Virus genome (UHGV): UHGV-1364457 | DNA length: 60,235 nucleotides | Reading direction: 5' to 3' (one strand) | DNA from: a virus | Shown here: positions 1-7,565 of the stretch, in pieces | How the letters are laid out: the number at the start of each line of letters is the position of its first letter | Position numbering within the stretch: the stretch's first letter is position 1 | Notes under the pieces: model-generated | The model's database searches: none | What the model saw: the letters and a program-made list of their open reading frames with translations, nothing else | Told to the model about the DNA's origin: nothing | Translations under genes and position numbers: made by a program

Positions 1-294
1 AACATTCACGGCGTGATGCAATTCGTCGCTTGTGACACTGTTCCCTCTGCGGTCAAGCGTGCCTGTATCGAACTTGCCGCGCTTTTCATTGCCGGGGAAG
101 ACCCGCTTGCACCCATCGAACGCGGTGGCCGTGTGGCGTCTGAAACCGTTGGGCCTATCTCTACCAGCTATTTTGACGATGCCGCTAGCGAAACCCTGTA
201 TCCTGCCGTTTCCGGCCTTGTATGGGCATTTTTGAGGGAAATTCCCGGTCAATCGGGGAGTATCTCTGGTTTTGCCGAAACGGGGAGGGCATAG
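1..294 (+). CDS. Head-tail connector-like protein, C-terminal part. The 5' end lies outside the window; reading frame 1 is open from base 1.
   Basis: No stop from nt 1 to TAG at 292-294. Frame and content continue the 5' partial ORF at 59963..60235 if the sequence is circular or tandem. Sits just before the head-tail joining genes. Confidence 0.45.
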   Translation, partial: NIHGVMQFVACDTVPSAVKRACIELAALFIAGEDPLAPIERGGRVASETVGPISTSYFDDAASETLYPAVSGLVWAFLREIPGQSGSISGFAETGRA

Positions 295-295
295 C

Positions 296-742
296 ATGGG
301 CTCTTGCATCTACCATCCCGAACTCTCACAAGTCCTTTCCCATACCCATATCCCGGTTGAAGGCGGCCCCAAGTACTGGACTGTCTACCTGTGGACGAAC
401 GGGAAGGCGTTGCAAAAGGCGAGGGATTGCCACGGTGATAAATGCTCAACCGCCGTCAAGGGACTCACGTGTCCCGAGTCCTTTACCCTGCGCCGGGATG
501 GAACGGTGGATGCCTCTGACGAACTTGGGGAGATCCATTTCGCGGTTGGGGAATGGGATGAAGAGATTGTTTCCCATGAGTGCCAGCACGCTAGCCAGCA
601 ATGCCGCCGTGTGTTGCAGATAAACCCCGACGCCAGCGTCGATGAAGAGGAACGCCTGTGTTACCTGACGGGGAAGCTCACAAAAGCCGTGTACAGGTGG
701 CTGTGGAGGCTAGACCCTGATATGTGGTGGGCTTACCGATGA
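296..742 (+). CDS. Hypothetical phage head-tail region protein with HECQH (HExxH-like) motif
   Basis: ATG 296 lies 9 nt after GGGGAGGG. Compact 149-codon ORF. SHECQHASQQ motif. Stop overlaps the next start. Confidence 0.5.
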   Translation: MGSCIYHPELSQVLSHTHIPVEGGPKYWTVYLWTNGKALQKARDCHGDKCSTAVKGLTCPESFTLRRDGTVDASDELGEIHFAVGEWDEEIVSHECQHASQQCRRVLQINPDASVDEEERLCYLTGKLTKAVYRWLWRLDPDMWWAYR

Positions 743-1134
743 ATCCTACAGCCCTTGCTAAAAAAGCGGATAAGCAGTTCAGAAAAAATGGACAGGCCAT
801 GACCTTCATTCAAGAGAATGAGAGTGAACAGCCAAATCCAGACACGGGGCAACCCGAAGTCGAGACAATACCCACAGAGTTCTATGGGTTGTGGGACACC
901 ATCTCTCTACAGGAGATTGGAACGCTCATCCAAGTTGGCGATGCCGTGATTTGGGCTGGAGGCTCGGCAATCCCCAAGCCTGACAATACCGACTGGATAG
1001 ATGTTGACGGGGAAGCGTGGAATATCGTTGATGTAGAACCCACAAAACCGGGTTCTATCCCTATCGTGTACAAAATATATGTTCGGAGTGCGGGAAGTTC
1101 AAAGGGATATAAGCGATTAGGGAGAAAAGCCTAA
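739..1134 (+). CDS. Hypothetical phage structural (head-tail) protein
   Basis: ATG 739 overlaps upstream TGA (ATGA coupling). Stop overlaps the next ATG (TAATG). Confidence 0.5.
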   Translation: MNPTALAKKADKQFRKNGQAMTFIQENESEQPNPDTGQPEVETIPTEFYGLWDTISLQEIGTLIQVGDAVIWAGGSAIPKPDNTDWIDVDGEAWNIVDVEPTKPGSIPIVYKIYVRSAGSSKGYKRLGRKA

Positions 1135-1646
1135 TGCCCGTTGAAGCCTACGAATACCGCATCCAAGAAATCCGTCGCAGGATCAAGGAACTTGATTCCG
1201 TCATGACGGACGATGTGAACAAGTTTGAGAAGATATTACAGGAGCAAGTTCGGCTTACCATTGAGGGGGAAGCCCTCCTCATCGTCAAGAAAGTAATCTC
1301 AGAAGTCTTTGTCCGCATCGTCATGCGAACGCCTGTCGATACGGGGCGGGCGAGGGCTTCATGGCAATTCGCCGTCGGAACGGCACCATCGGGGGTTGCT
1401 CCGGACAAAGAGTATCCCGAACTCAAAGATAAAGAAATTTCAGAAACTCAGGTGCGGGCGGCTGTCGCTTCTGCTCTTGAGGAAATATCGGTAGCTCCTG
1501 CATCTGTTTGGTTTATCTCAAACAATCTTGAGTACATCGAAGCGCTAGAGGCGGGATGGTCAAAGAAGCAGGCCCCTGCGGGCATGGTTTCGTTGACTCT
1601 CAGAGAAATGACCCGGCAACTTGAACTGGAACTTGGAAAAGCATGA
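1134..1646 (+). CDS. HK97 gp10-family head-tail joining / tail completion protein
   Basis: Motif TPVDTGRARASWQ matches the DTGxLRxSW signature of the HK97 gp10 family. Coupled to neighbours on both sides. Confidence 0.65.
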   Translation: MPVEAYEYRIQEIRRRIKELDSVMTDDVNKFEKILQEQVRLTIEGEALLIVKKVISEVFVRIVMRTPVDTGRARASWQFAVGTAPSGVAPDKEYPELKDKEISETQVRAAVASALEEISVAPASVWFISNNLEYIEALEAGWSKKQAPAGMVSLTLREMTRQLELELGKA

Positions 1647-2107
1647 TTCGGCTCGACCTCATACGGAAAGCTTTTGATAATGCCATGCTTGAGCAGATGA
1701 AGAAGCTTTTGCCGGGCACGCCCACTCAGTTCGTTTGGTTGGGGCTTAACGTGTCATCAACGCCTGACTTGTCCAAGCTGCATATCATAACCGGGTTCAA
1801 TCCGGGGGAATCCTCAACACAAGAACTTGGTGGCCCCGGTTCTCTCGCTGTCCGCGACGGTGTGTACATCATCACGCAATCCCTACCGCAGGGAATGAAT
1901 GTTGATGAAGCGTGGAGAATTGCCAGCGGCCTAGAGAGCTATTTTTGGCAATTCATAAGGGAAACCCCCTTTTACACTGGCGAGTGTCGTGTATGGCTTG
2001 ATGTGCCCTCTACCGCCAACAGGGGAACGGACCCCGATCAGGGACGTTACCTCATTTCTACAACCATTCCGTGGTATACCGCCTACTCGGGCGGTGCAAA
2101 GGAGTAA
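1643..2107 (+). CDS. Putative tail terminator / tail component protein
   Basis: ATGA overlap with the upstream gene. Position between the gp10-like gene and the major tail gene. Confidence 0.4.
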   Translation: MIRLDLIRKAFDNAMLEQMKKLLPGTPTQFVWLGLNVSSTPDLSKLHIITGFNPGESSTQELGGPGSLAVRDGVYIITQSLPQGMNVDEAWRIASGLESYFWQFIRETPFYTGECRVWLDVPSTANRGTDPDQGRYLISTTIPWYTAYSGGAKE

Positions 2108-2110
2108 ACG

Positions 2111-3259
2111 ATGTCGCAGTACTGCCCCTCTGTGCAGAAATCGAACGTCCAACGGGCGTTTGCGATGATTGAGACGGTTCCGGGAGAGTTGGAAAAACCG
2201 GCTGCATCCGGTTTTGTGGCCCCGGCAGGACGTGGTTCCATTTCTCAAGCCCCCACCTATACCGATTCCCCCGAACTCTCCAATACGCTTGACGTAGTGA
2301 GCCAGTCCAGAGACGCCATGCCGCCCGGCGATTGGTCTTTACCGATGGTGGCGCGGCTTGCTGCCAATGCCGGAGCACCACAGGGGGACGCCATGTTTCA
2401 TGCGGCACTTGGCAAGCTTGATACTTCGGTATCCGGCAAGCGCGCCTATAAATTGGATACCTGCCGACCCACGCTTTCCTTGTGGCTCCAGAATGATGAA
2501 ACCGTACAGTTCATGAGCGGTTGTACCGTGGAGTCCTTGGAATGGGCCGTAGACCGTGACGGATTGACCATCTTTACTTTCTCCGGTCGTGGAAGAAGGG
2601 CGGGGATTGTTGGCGTTGGGGAACTGGCGGAAGCCCCTACTTCCGCTACCGTCAAGCTTGAAGCAGGCCAATCGATGGCTTTTTCCATCGGGGGCTATAT
2701 CACCAACAGAACCAAACAAGACGGAACAGAGTACCAAATCACCGCCATTGATACGGCTACGGATACTATCGTCCTTGATAGTGCCCCTGCGGAGTGGGTT
2801 GCTGGTGAAGAGATTGGTCCGTGGCTTCCTGTGGCTGACTCCATCGGTAAAGAGGTCGAAAACAATAGCGTCATTTTGCTTATCGACGATGTAGAAGGGA
2901 AAATGCGCCCTTCTACCTTTACCGCGTCCCTTCCGACACAATTCCTTGAAGAGATCGGGGATCAATATCCCGGGGAAAGCGCCGACAACAAACGCTCCAT
3001 CACGATGGACATGAGCGTCTATTTCCGCCGTGCCGAGGCTGTACGGTTTGGGCAGGCTCTTGAGGGCAAGACCCTCTCTGTAAAGCTCAAGGCGAGAAAC
3101 GAGAATGGCAGTATCGAAGTTGCCATGCCCCGCGTTCGCATCTCTTCGCCTACCATTGGGGAAGACGACGCCGTTTTGACCCTCGACAGTTCGGGTACGG
3201 CTTTGGGGCTTACGGGCGAAGACTCTTTTACCATCACCATTACCAAGGCGGGCATCTAA
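2111..3259 (+). CDS. Putative major tail protein
   Basis: AGGAG RBS. 382 aa. Lies immediately upstream of the G/GT chaperone pair. Confidence 0.55.
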   Translation: MSQYCPSVQKSNVQRAFAMIETVPGELEKPAASGFVAPAGRGSISQAPTYTDSPELSNTLDVVSQSRDAMPPGDWSLPMVARLAANAGAPQGDAMFHAALGKLDTSVSGKRAYKLDTCRPTLSLWLQNDETVQFMSGCTVESLEWAVDRDGLTIFTFSGRGRRAGIVGVGELAEAPTSATVKLEAGQSMAFSIGGYITNRTKQDGTEYQITAIDTATDTIVLDSAPAEWVAGEEIGPWLPVADSIGKEVENNSVILLIDDVEGKMRPSTFTASLPTQFLEEIGDQYPGESADNKRSITMDMSVYFRRAEAVRFGQALEGKTLSVKLKARNENGSIEVAMPRVRISSPTIGEDDAVLTLDSSGTALGLTGEDSFTITITKAGI

Positions 3260-3624
3260 TGGCTTTTACTGTGCTCACGAAAAAGTTTGCTTCCCGTACT
3301 TTCAGGCTCGATCTTACCGCTGACGGTTCAGCTTATTTTGTCTGCAAGCCCATTGTTGGCTCAAAACAGAACGAAATCGCTAAAAAGGTCATGGCTGAAT
3401 ACGCTTTTGACGCGCAAATCGCAGCATTCAAGATGCTTCCTGCATTGCTTGAGGCGCATATTGTCGGTTGGGAAGGGTTACATGACGTTTCCGGAAGTAC
3501 GGTTCCCTATTCGAAAGAAATGCTTTTGGAATTGTGTGAACATGATTACGAATTTATGGAAGCACAGTTGAACCGCATTCGCCGTATTGCCCGAGAAGGG
3601 CGGTTGGAAGAAGAAAAAAACTGA
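3259..3624 (+). CDS. Tail assembly chaperone (gpG-like), zero-frame product
   Basis: TAATG coupling. Ends ...EEEKN at the stop right after an A-run. Position upstream of a -1 frame extension. Confidence 0.6.
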   Translation: MAFTVLTKKFASRTFRLDLTADGSAYFVCKPIVGSKQNEIAKKVMAEYAFDAQIAAFKMLPALLEAHIVGWEGLHDVSGSTVPYSKEMLLELCEHDYEFMEAQLNRIRRIAREGRLEEEKN

Positions 3625-3968
3625 CGGAGTGGGCCGCGTGGCAATTTGCCGAGCGGCCCACGTGTGACGAATGCCGATGGATTTATAAGGAAAAACAGGA
3701 TTGTTCATCCTGTACCCGCTTTCAACCGCTTTCCCCACGTTCTGAAATCGCCGTGGAACGGTGGGCGTCCCTTCGTCAACACGGTGCGGGCATAGATACG
3801 TGGGCGGGAATCCCGCTTCCTATCAGATATGAAGCCCTCCGCGCCGAGTGTGACCGTTTCCCTGATTCAGAAGAACTTTTTTGGCGTATTTCCCTGTTGG
3901 ACAGGCTGTTTCTGGAAGAACAGGCGAAAAAACGCGAGAAAGAAGAGAAAAAGAAGTCCAAAAAATAA
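3259..3968 (+). CDS. Tail assembly chaperone fusion (gpGT-like) made by programmed -1 ribosomal frameshift at 3615-3621
   Basis: Codon-by-codon check: the -1 frame (positions congruent to 0 mod 3) is open from 3621 through 3968 and equals ORF 3753..3968. Predicted product about 237 aa. Confidence 0.55.
3615..3621 (+). other. Slippery heptamer A_AAA_AAC (X_XXY_YYZ) for -1 frameshifting
   Basis: GAAGAAGAAAAAAACTGA; zero-frame codons AAA AAC then TGA. The same class of site occurs in dnaX and in phage G/GT genes. Confidence 0.6.
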
Positions 3969-4020
3969 GGGGGAGTTGGTAGCTCCCCCTCGACCCGGCG
4001 TAGCAGCGCCGGATCACGGC

Positions 4021-4061
4021 CCTATACGGGAATCGCGGCCCCCGTATAGGGTATCCGCGAT
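4021..4061. repeat. Interleaved inverted repeats A-B-A'-B' (H-type pseudoknot-like)
   Basis: CCTATACGGG(4021-4030) / CCCGTATAGG(4041-4050) are perfect 10-bp complements. AATCGCGG(4031-4038) / CCGCGAT(4055-4061) interleave with them. Confidence 0.5.
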
Positions 4062-4103
4062 CCCTGTCTAACGTGGGACTGCGGTTAGGGGTATGATTAT
4101 CAT

Positions 4104-4343
4104 ATGCCGCGTCCCCTCCAGATTTGTCCTGTTTGCGATACCTATTCTCTCCGTTGTTCCGAAACTCGCCCTGATGAGACGTACCTAGGGCATTATCTTG
4201 AAGCCTCACGGCGTTCGATATGGATATGTCGAACCTGCGGGGCTCGTTTTGTGCTTGATACCCCGGAAGGGAAGTTGACCAGAGTTCAGGACAGTCCGTC
4301 TTATTCTTATAGAAACACCTATCCATGTACTATGGATAGGTAA
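4104..4343 (+). CDS. Small zinc-ribbon protein (CxxC...CxxC)
   Basis: CPVC...CRTCG motif. Weak RBS. The gene end overlaps an operator-like palindrome. Confidence 0.35.
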   Translation: MPRPLQICPVCDTYSLRCSETRPDETYLGHYLEASRRSIWICRTCGARFVLDTPEGKLTRVQDSPSYSYRNTYPCTMDR

Positions 4344-4357
4344 GTAATTATCCATAG
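4318..4357. promoter_or_regulatory. Operator-like sites with TATCCAT half-sites (palindrome plus an extra half-site)
   Basis: CCTATCCAT-GTACT-ATGGATAGG (9-bp arms) plus TTATCCATAG 8 nt downstream. About 65 nt upstream of the Gly-rich operon start. Confidence 0.4.
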
Positions 4358-4420
4358 TTGAATCATCATGCCTCCAGAAGTTCCGGCATCCCGCCGGGCA
4401 AAAACTTTTGGAGGTTTCTT

Positions 4421-5260
4421 ATGGGTATGGACGGTCTCGTTCCTACTTTTTCCGTCAATGGCGACGGGAACGGCTACAATGGCGGCGGTTGGGGTGATGC
4501 GGTAGGCGCGTTCGCCGGCGCACTGATTGGTTCTTGGTGGGGCAACGGTTGGGGCGGTGGCTTCGGCAATGGCGGCGGGAACGGCGGTTGCTGTGGCTCC
4601 GCCCCTGCCGCCCCCTCGGTGGTCATTGCTGGCGGTGCTGGTGGTTGCTGTGGTTCTACTGCGGAACTTGACGCTTTGACGGGCCTTCAGGCCAGCGTCA
4701 ACAGCCTTGGCCTCCAGTCACTTCAAGGCCAGAACACGACCAATATGGCGATGTGTCAGGGATTCTCTGGCGTGGTTGCGGCTGACAACGCCAATACCGC
4801 CAGCCTGATGAACGCCACCACACAGGGTTTTGCGGGCCTGAACACCGCCATCATGACGGGCGATCAGGGGATTCAGCAATCCCTGTGTCAGGGCTTCAAC
4901 GGCCTGAACACTGCCGTGCTGGTCAGCTCCAAAGACGCCGCTCTCCAGAATTGCCAGTCCACCAATCAGCTGACCAACGCCATCGATTCGTGTTGCTGCA
5001 CGACCCAGCGCACTATCGCGGCGGAAGGTTCGGCTACTCGCGCTCTCGTGTCTCAGCTCGACCGTGAACGTCTCCTGACGCAGATCTGCGATCTCAAGAG
5101 CGAAAATTCCAGCCTGAAGAACCAGAACTTCACCACCGCCGCCATTTCCGCGCTGGGCTCTCAGCTCCGTACCGAAATGCAGCAGAACACCCTGAACATC
5201 ATCGGGCACATGGCGGTTATCCCGCGTCCCACTTCTGGCACTGCTACGGCTACGGCCTAA
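4421..5260 (+). CDS. Gly/Trp-rich protein with GGCCGS motifs and CQGF(x)G repeats (bacteriocin-like or structural low-complexity protein)
   Basis: GGAGG is 7 nt upstream of ATG 4421. N-terminal G/W-rich glycine-zipper-like segment. Two GGxGGCCGS motifs. Three CQGFxG(L/V) repeats. C-terminal CCC cluster. Confidence 0.55.
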   Translation: MGMDGLVPTFSVNGDGNGYNGGGWGDAVGAFAGALIGSWWGNGWGGGFGNGGGNGGCCGSAPAAPSVVIAGGAGGCCGSTAELDALTGLQASVNSLGLQSLQGQNTTNMAMCQGFSGVVAADNANTASLMNATTQGFAGLNTAIMTGDQGIQQSLCQGFNGLNTAVLVSSKDAALQNCQSTNQLTNAIDSCCCTTQRTIAAEGSATRALVSQLDRERLLTQICDLKSENSSLKNQNFTTAAISALGSQLRTEMQQNTLNIIGHMAVIPRPTSGTATATA

Positions 5261-5273
5261 AGGGGGGTGACCT

Positions 5274-5633
5274 ATGGCTATGCGCTATATGATGGGTTCG
5301 GAACGTGGTGACGGCTACAGCCGTAGCGGAAGCCGTTCTTCCCACGGTGGCGAGTATGGCGGGGGCCGCTATGAAGCGCGCCGCCTTCCCCCGCGCAACC
5401 GTTACGGGGAGTTCCGCCGCCGTCGCAGCCGCCGGGAATACAATGACGGCATGGGCCGTTATGAGTTCGGTGACGACTACGAAAATCGCCATTACCGCGA
5501 AGACGACTGGGATCGCTACGGTTACGACGAGCGCCGGGAGCCGTACTTTGAAGATGAAGAACGCGAACGCCGTCGCGAACGTCACCGCCGTATGATGGAT
5601 GAATACGGGGATGACGGCGACGGCTATGACTAG
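5274..5633 (+). CDS. Extreme low-complexity Arg/Tyr/Gly/Asp/Glu-rich protein
   Basis: RGG/RY-like N-terminal half, acidic C-terminal half. GGGG RBS. 11 nt after the upstream stop. Confidence 0.5.
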   Translation: MAMRYMMGSERGDGYSRSGSRSSHGGEYGGGRYEARRLPPRNRYGEFRRRRSRREYNDGMGRYEFGDDYENRHYREDDWDRYGYDERREPYFEDEERERRRERHRRMMDEYGDDGDGYD

Positions 5634-5734
5634 ATGAGGCTCAAGGACATCAAGAAGACCTTGAAGAACCTGACCAAGGATCTCGGAGCGGCGGTGATTA
5701 TCTACGGGAAACGCTGATTTTTGAACAGCATACC

Positions 5735-5971
5735 GTGGATAACCCACCCCCGACATGGCCGCCTTATCTAGCGAAGGGCGAATATTGGGGCATCGTTGAA
5801 ATGGAATACGGGGAAGCAAAGAAGGCCGTAGAAGGCTTCAAAAACGGCTCCATGTCTATCTGCGATGCCATCAAGGAACTTGGGCACGTCGCTTCTGCGG
5901 CGGCTCAGGCCCGCGCCCATCTGATGAAACTCTCTGAAATGCAAGACCTTCCTGAAAAGGTAAAGGTGTAA
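5735..5971 (+). CDS. Hypothetical protein
   Basis: ORF stop is 2 nt before the next ATG. Start uncertain (GTG 5735 or ATG 5801). Confidence 0.35.
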   Translation: MDNPPPTWPPYLAKGEYWGIVEMEYGEAKKAVEGFKNGSMSICDAIKELGHVASAAAQARAHLMKLSEMQDLPEKVKV

Positions 5972-5973
5972 AT

Positions 5974-6516
5974 ATGAGCAATAAGTTACCCCTTCCAGCG
6001 CGTTTCTCTGACGATGCAATGTCGTATTCGCTCGTGTACATCCCCGGACTCCCTGCGGATACAGATCCCCGGTATTCCGTTGAGCCCAATGTGACTAGCA
6101 TGAGGCCCATAGGTCGGAACGTCCAATCCGTGAATATCACGGGAAAAGGCAAGATGATCTTCACATGGGTCTTAATGGAGCAGCCCGCCAAACCGGGGAC
6201 GACAACCCCGGCCCGGCAGTATCTCTTCTTCCGGCTCTCGGATAAGCCTATCCCCTTGGATTTGCTCAAGCCTGGAGACATGATTTGCTACGCTGCTACG
6301 CCAAAACACGTCACTACAGATCCCGCTCAATGCTTTGTCGATTCCCTGTTTGGTCAGGTTTCGGCAGACGCACAGGCGGAACGTCCCCGTGACACGTGGG
6401 CAAGCGAACTGTTCCAGCCCCCACAGGAGCAGGAAGAAACGGAAACGGCCCCTCAATCTGAGATGCGGATTTCTGAACCCAACGGACAGGAAAACCATCA
6501 GGAGGAAGGGGAATGA
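5974..6516 (+). CDS. Hypothetical protein
   Basis: Tight coupling to neighbours. Acidic Q/E-rich tail. Confidence 0.5.
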   Translation: MSNKLPLPARFSDDAMSYSLVYIPGLPADTDPRYSVEPNVTSMRPIGRNVQSVNITGKGKMIFTWVLMEQPAKPGTTTPARQYLFFRLSDKPIPLDLLKPGDMICYAATPKHVTTDPAQCFVDSLFGQVSADAQAERPRDTWASELFQPPQEQEETETAPQSEMRISEPNGQENHQEEGE

Positions 6517-6746
6517 GCGAAGAAACCACCGTCGACCGCGTCTTTCGGCGCATAGAGCAGGATGTAGAACGTATTCTTGACCGTGAACCGAGTTCACGGG
6601 GTGTCCTTAATCAGGTCATCCAAGAAGGCGCGCCTATGTTCATGGCCTACAAGATGCGTGGTCGTGTCCCTTCGGTTGACGCTCTGGAAAGGGTAGCTAC
6701 CAAGTTGCTTGCCATCGTCGTAGCAACGGAAGAAGCGAGACGATGA
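6513..6746 (+). CDS. Hypothetical protein
   Basis: ATGA overlap with the upstream gene. Followed by a hairpin terminator. Confidence 0.5.
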   Translation: MSEETTVDRVFRRIEQDVERILDREPSSRGVLNQVIQEGAPMFMAYKMRGRVPSVDALERVATKLLAIVVATEEARR

Positions 6747-6753
6747 ACCAACA

Positions 6754-6784
6754 CCCCGGAGGGTTCACATCCTCCGGGGTTCTC
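6754..6784 (+). terminator. Rho-independent terminator-like hairpin ending the 4421-6746 operon
   Basis: CCCCGGAGG-gttcacat-CCTCCGGGG followed by TTCTC (short T tract). Confidence 0.5.
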
Positions 6785-7169
6785 AAGGATATTCGATATG
6801 CTACAATCATTTTTTTTGATGCGTAGAGTTCCTATACTGGTTCCCCCTTTTGTAAAGACCGCACCGCAAACCGCGTTGGGCGATGAAAAAGCAAAGAGGG
6901 CATCGGTACAATCCCTCTCTTCCCAAAAGGCAATAAGGCGTTCTGCAAAGAAAAAGGTCAAAAACAATGCCGACGCCGGATGATTCTGTATCCCCCAACG
7001 TCTTGAATCGCCCGTATCTGTTATGTGCTCTTTGCGCCCTGTGGATTCCGGGAAAAAGTCAGGAATCTAGGAACAATGACGCGGGGATATGTTCAAGAAA
7101 GAGGTGGCCTGAGATGAAGACAAGGCCGACAGACGGATGCAGGGAAGGTATCAGGCCAATGGGGGCGGC

Positions 7170-7391
7170 ATGACGCAAGACGAGAGAAAGCTTGTTGAGG
7201 TGCTTCTTTCCATCGACACCGCACTACCTCACGATTTCCCCTTACCCGAAGACGCACCCCGACCAGCATGGTGTCATCTTTTTATGCTGCATTTTGGAAC
7301 GGAAAAAGGCGAATGCTGCGGGATATGCCCGGAATTAAGCGAGGTAATGGTACAAGCCCTTGATAGGGTATATGAGAAATCAGGCTCCTGA
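7170..7391 (+). CDS. Hypothetical small protein
   Basis: GGGGGCGGC lies before ATG 7170. Start chosen inside ORF 7137..7391. Confidence 0.35.
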   Translation: MTQDERKLVEVLLSIDTALPHDFPLPEDAPRPAWCHLFMLHFGTEKGECCGICPELSEVMVQALDRVYEKSGS

Positions 7392-7565
7392 ATGGAGCCT
7401 TTCTTTTTTCGGAAGACGCAAACTTTCGTACCAACATCTTCTGGTTTTTTCCTCTCCAAGCGCATTGAATCTCTCTCGATATCCGGTGTCCGGTCGCTGA
7501 TGTGGTTCTCCTCTGTTACATATTGGCGGCGCGGACACATCAACCATCTAACAGAGAGTTTGTGT

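Noticed and set aside
2339-2965. 208-aa minus-strand ORF inside the major tail gene
   Set aside because: Nested antisense ORF with no RBS. The plus-strand gene is tightly coupled to its neighbours.
3753-3968. Stand-alone 71-aa ORF starting at GTG 3753
   Set aside because: Better explained as the -1 frame extension of the chaperone gene (the frame is open back to the slippery site at 3615-3621) than as an independent gene.
3966-3990. Intrinsic terminator right after the GT gene (GGGGGAG-ttggtag-CTCCCCC)
   Set aside because: Good stem but no downstream U-tract (followed by TCGACCC). Kept only as a possible processing hairpin, not annotated as a terminator.
5636-5719. 27-codon mini-ORF (MRLKDIKKTLKNLTKDLGAAVIIYGKR) between 5274..5633 and 5735..5971
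   Set aside because: Too short, with no RBS. Possibly a leader peptide, but unsupported.
6647-6998. Overlapping ORFs (6647..6967 minus, 6798..6983 plus, 6807..6998 minus, 6967..7173 plus)
   Set aside because: Mutually overlapping, no RBSs, and they cover a terminator-containing intergenic region. More likely promoter or terminator DNA between the island operon and the antirepressor gene. A minus-strand hairpin with a T-run at about 6894-6925 may end an antisense or sRNA transcript, but there was no basis for a call.
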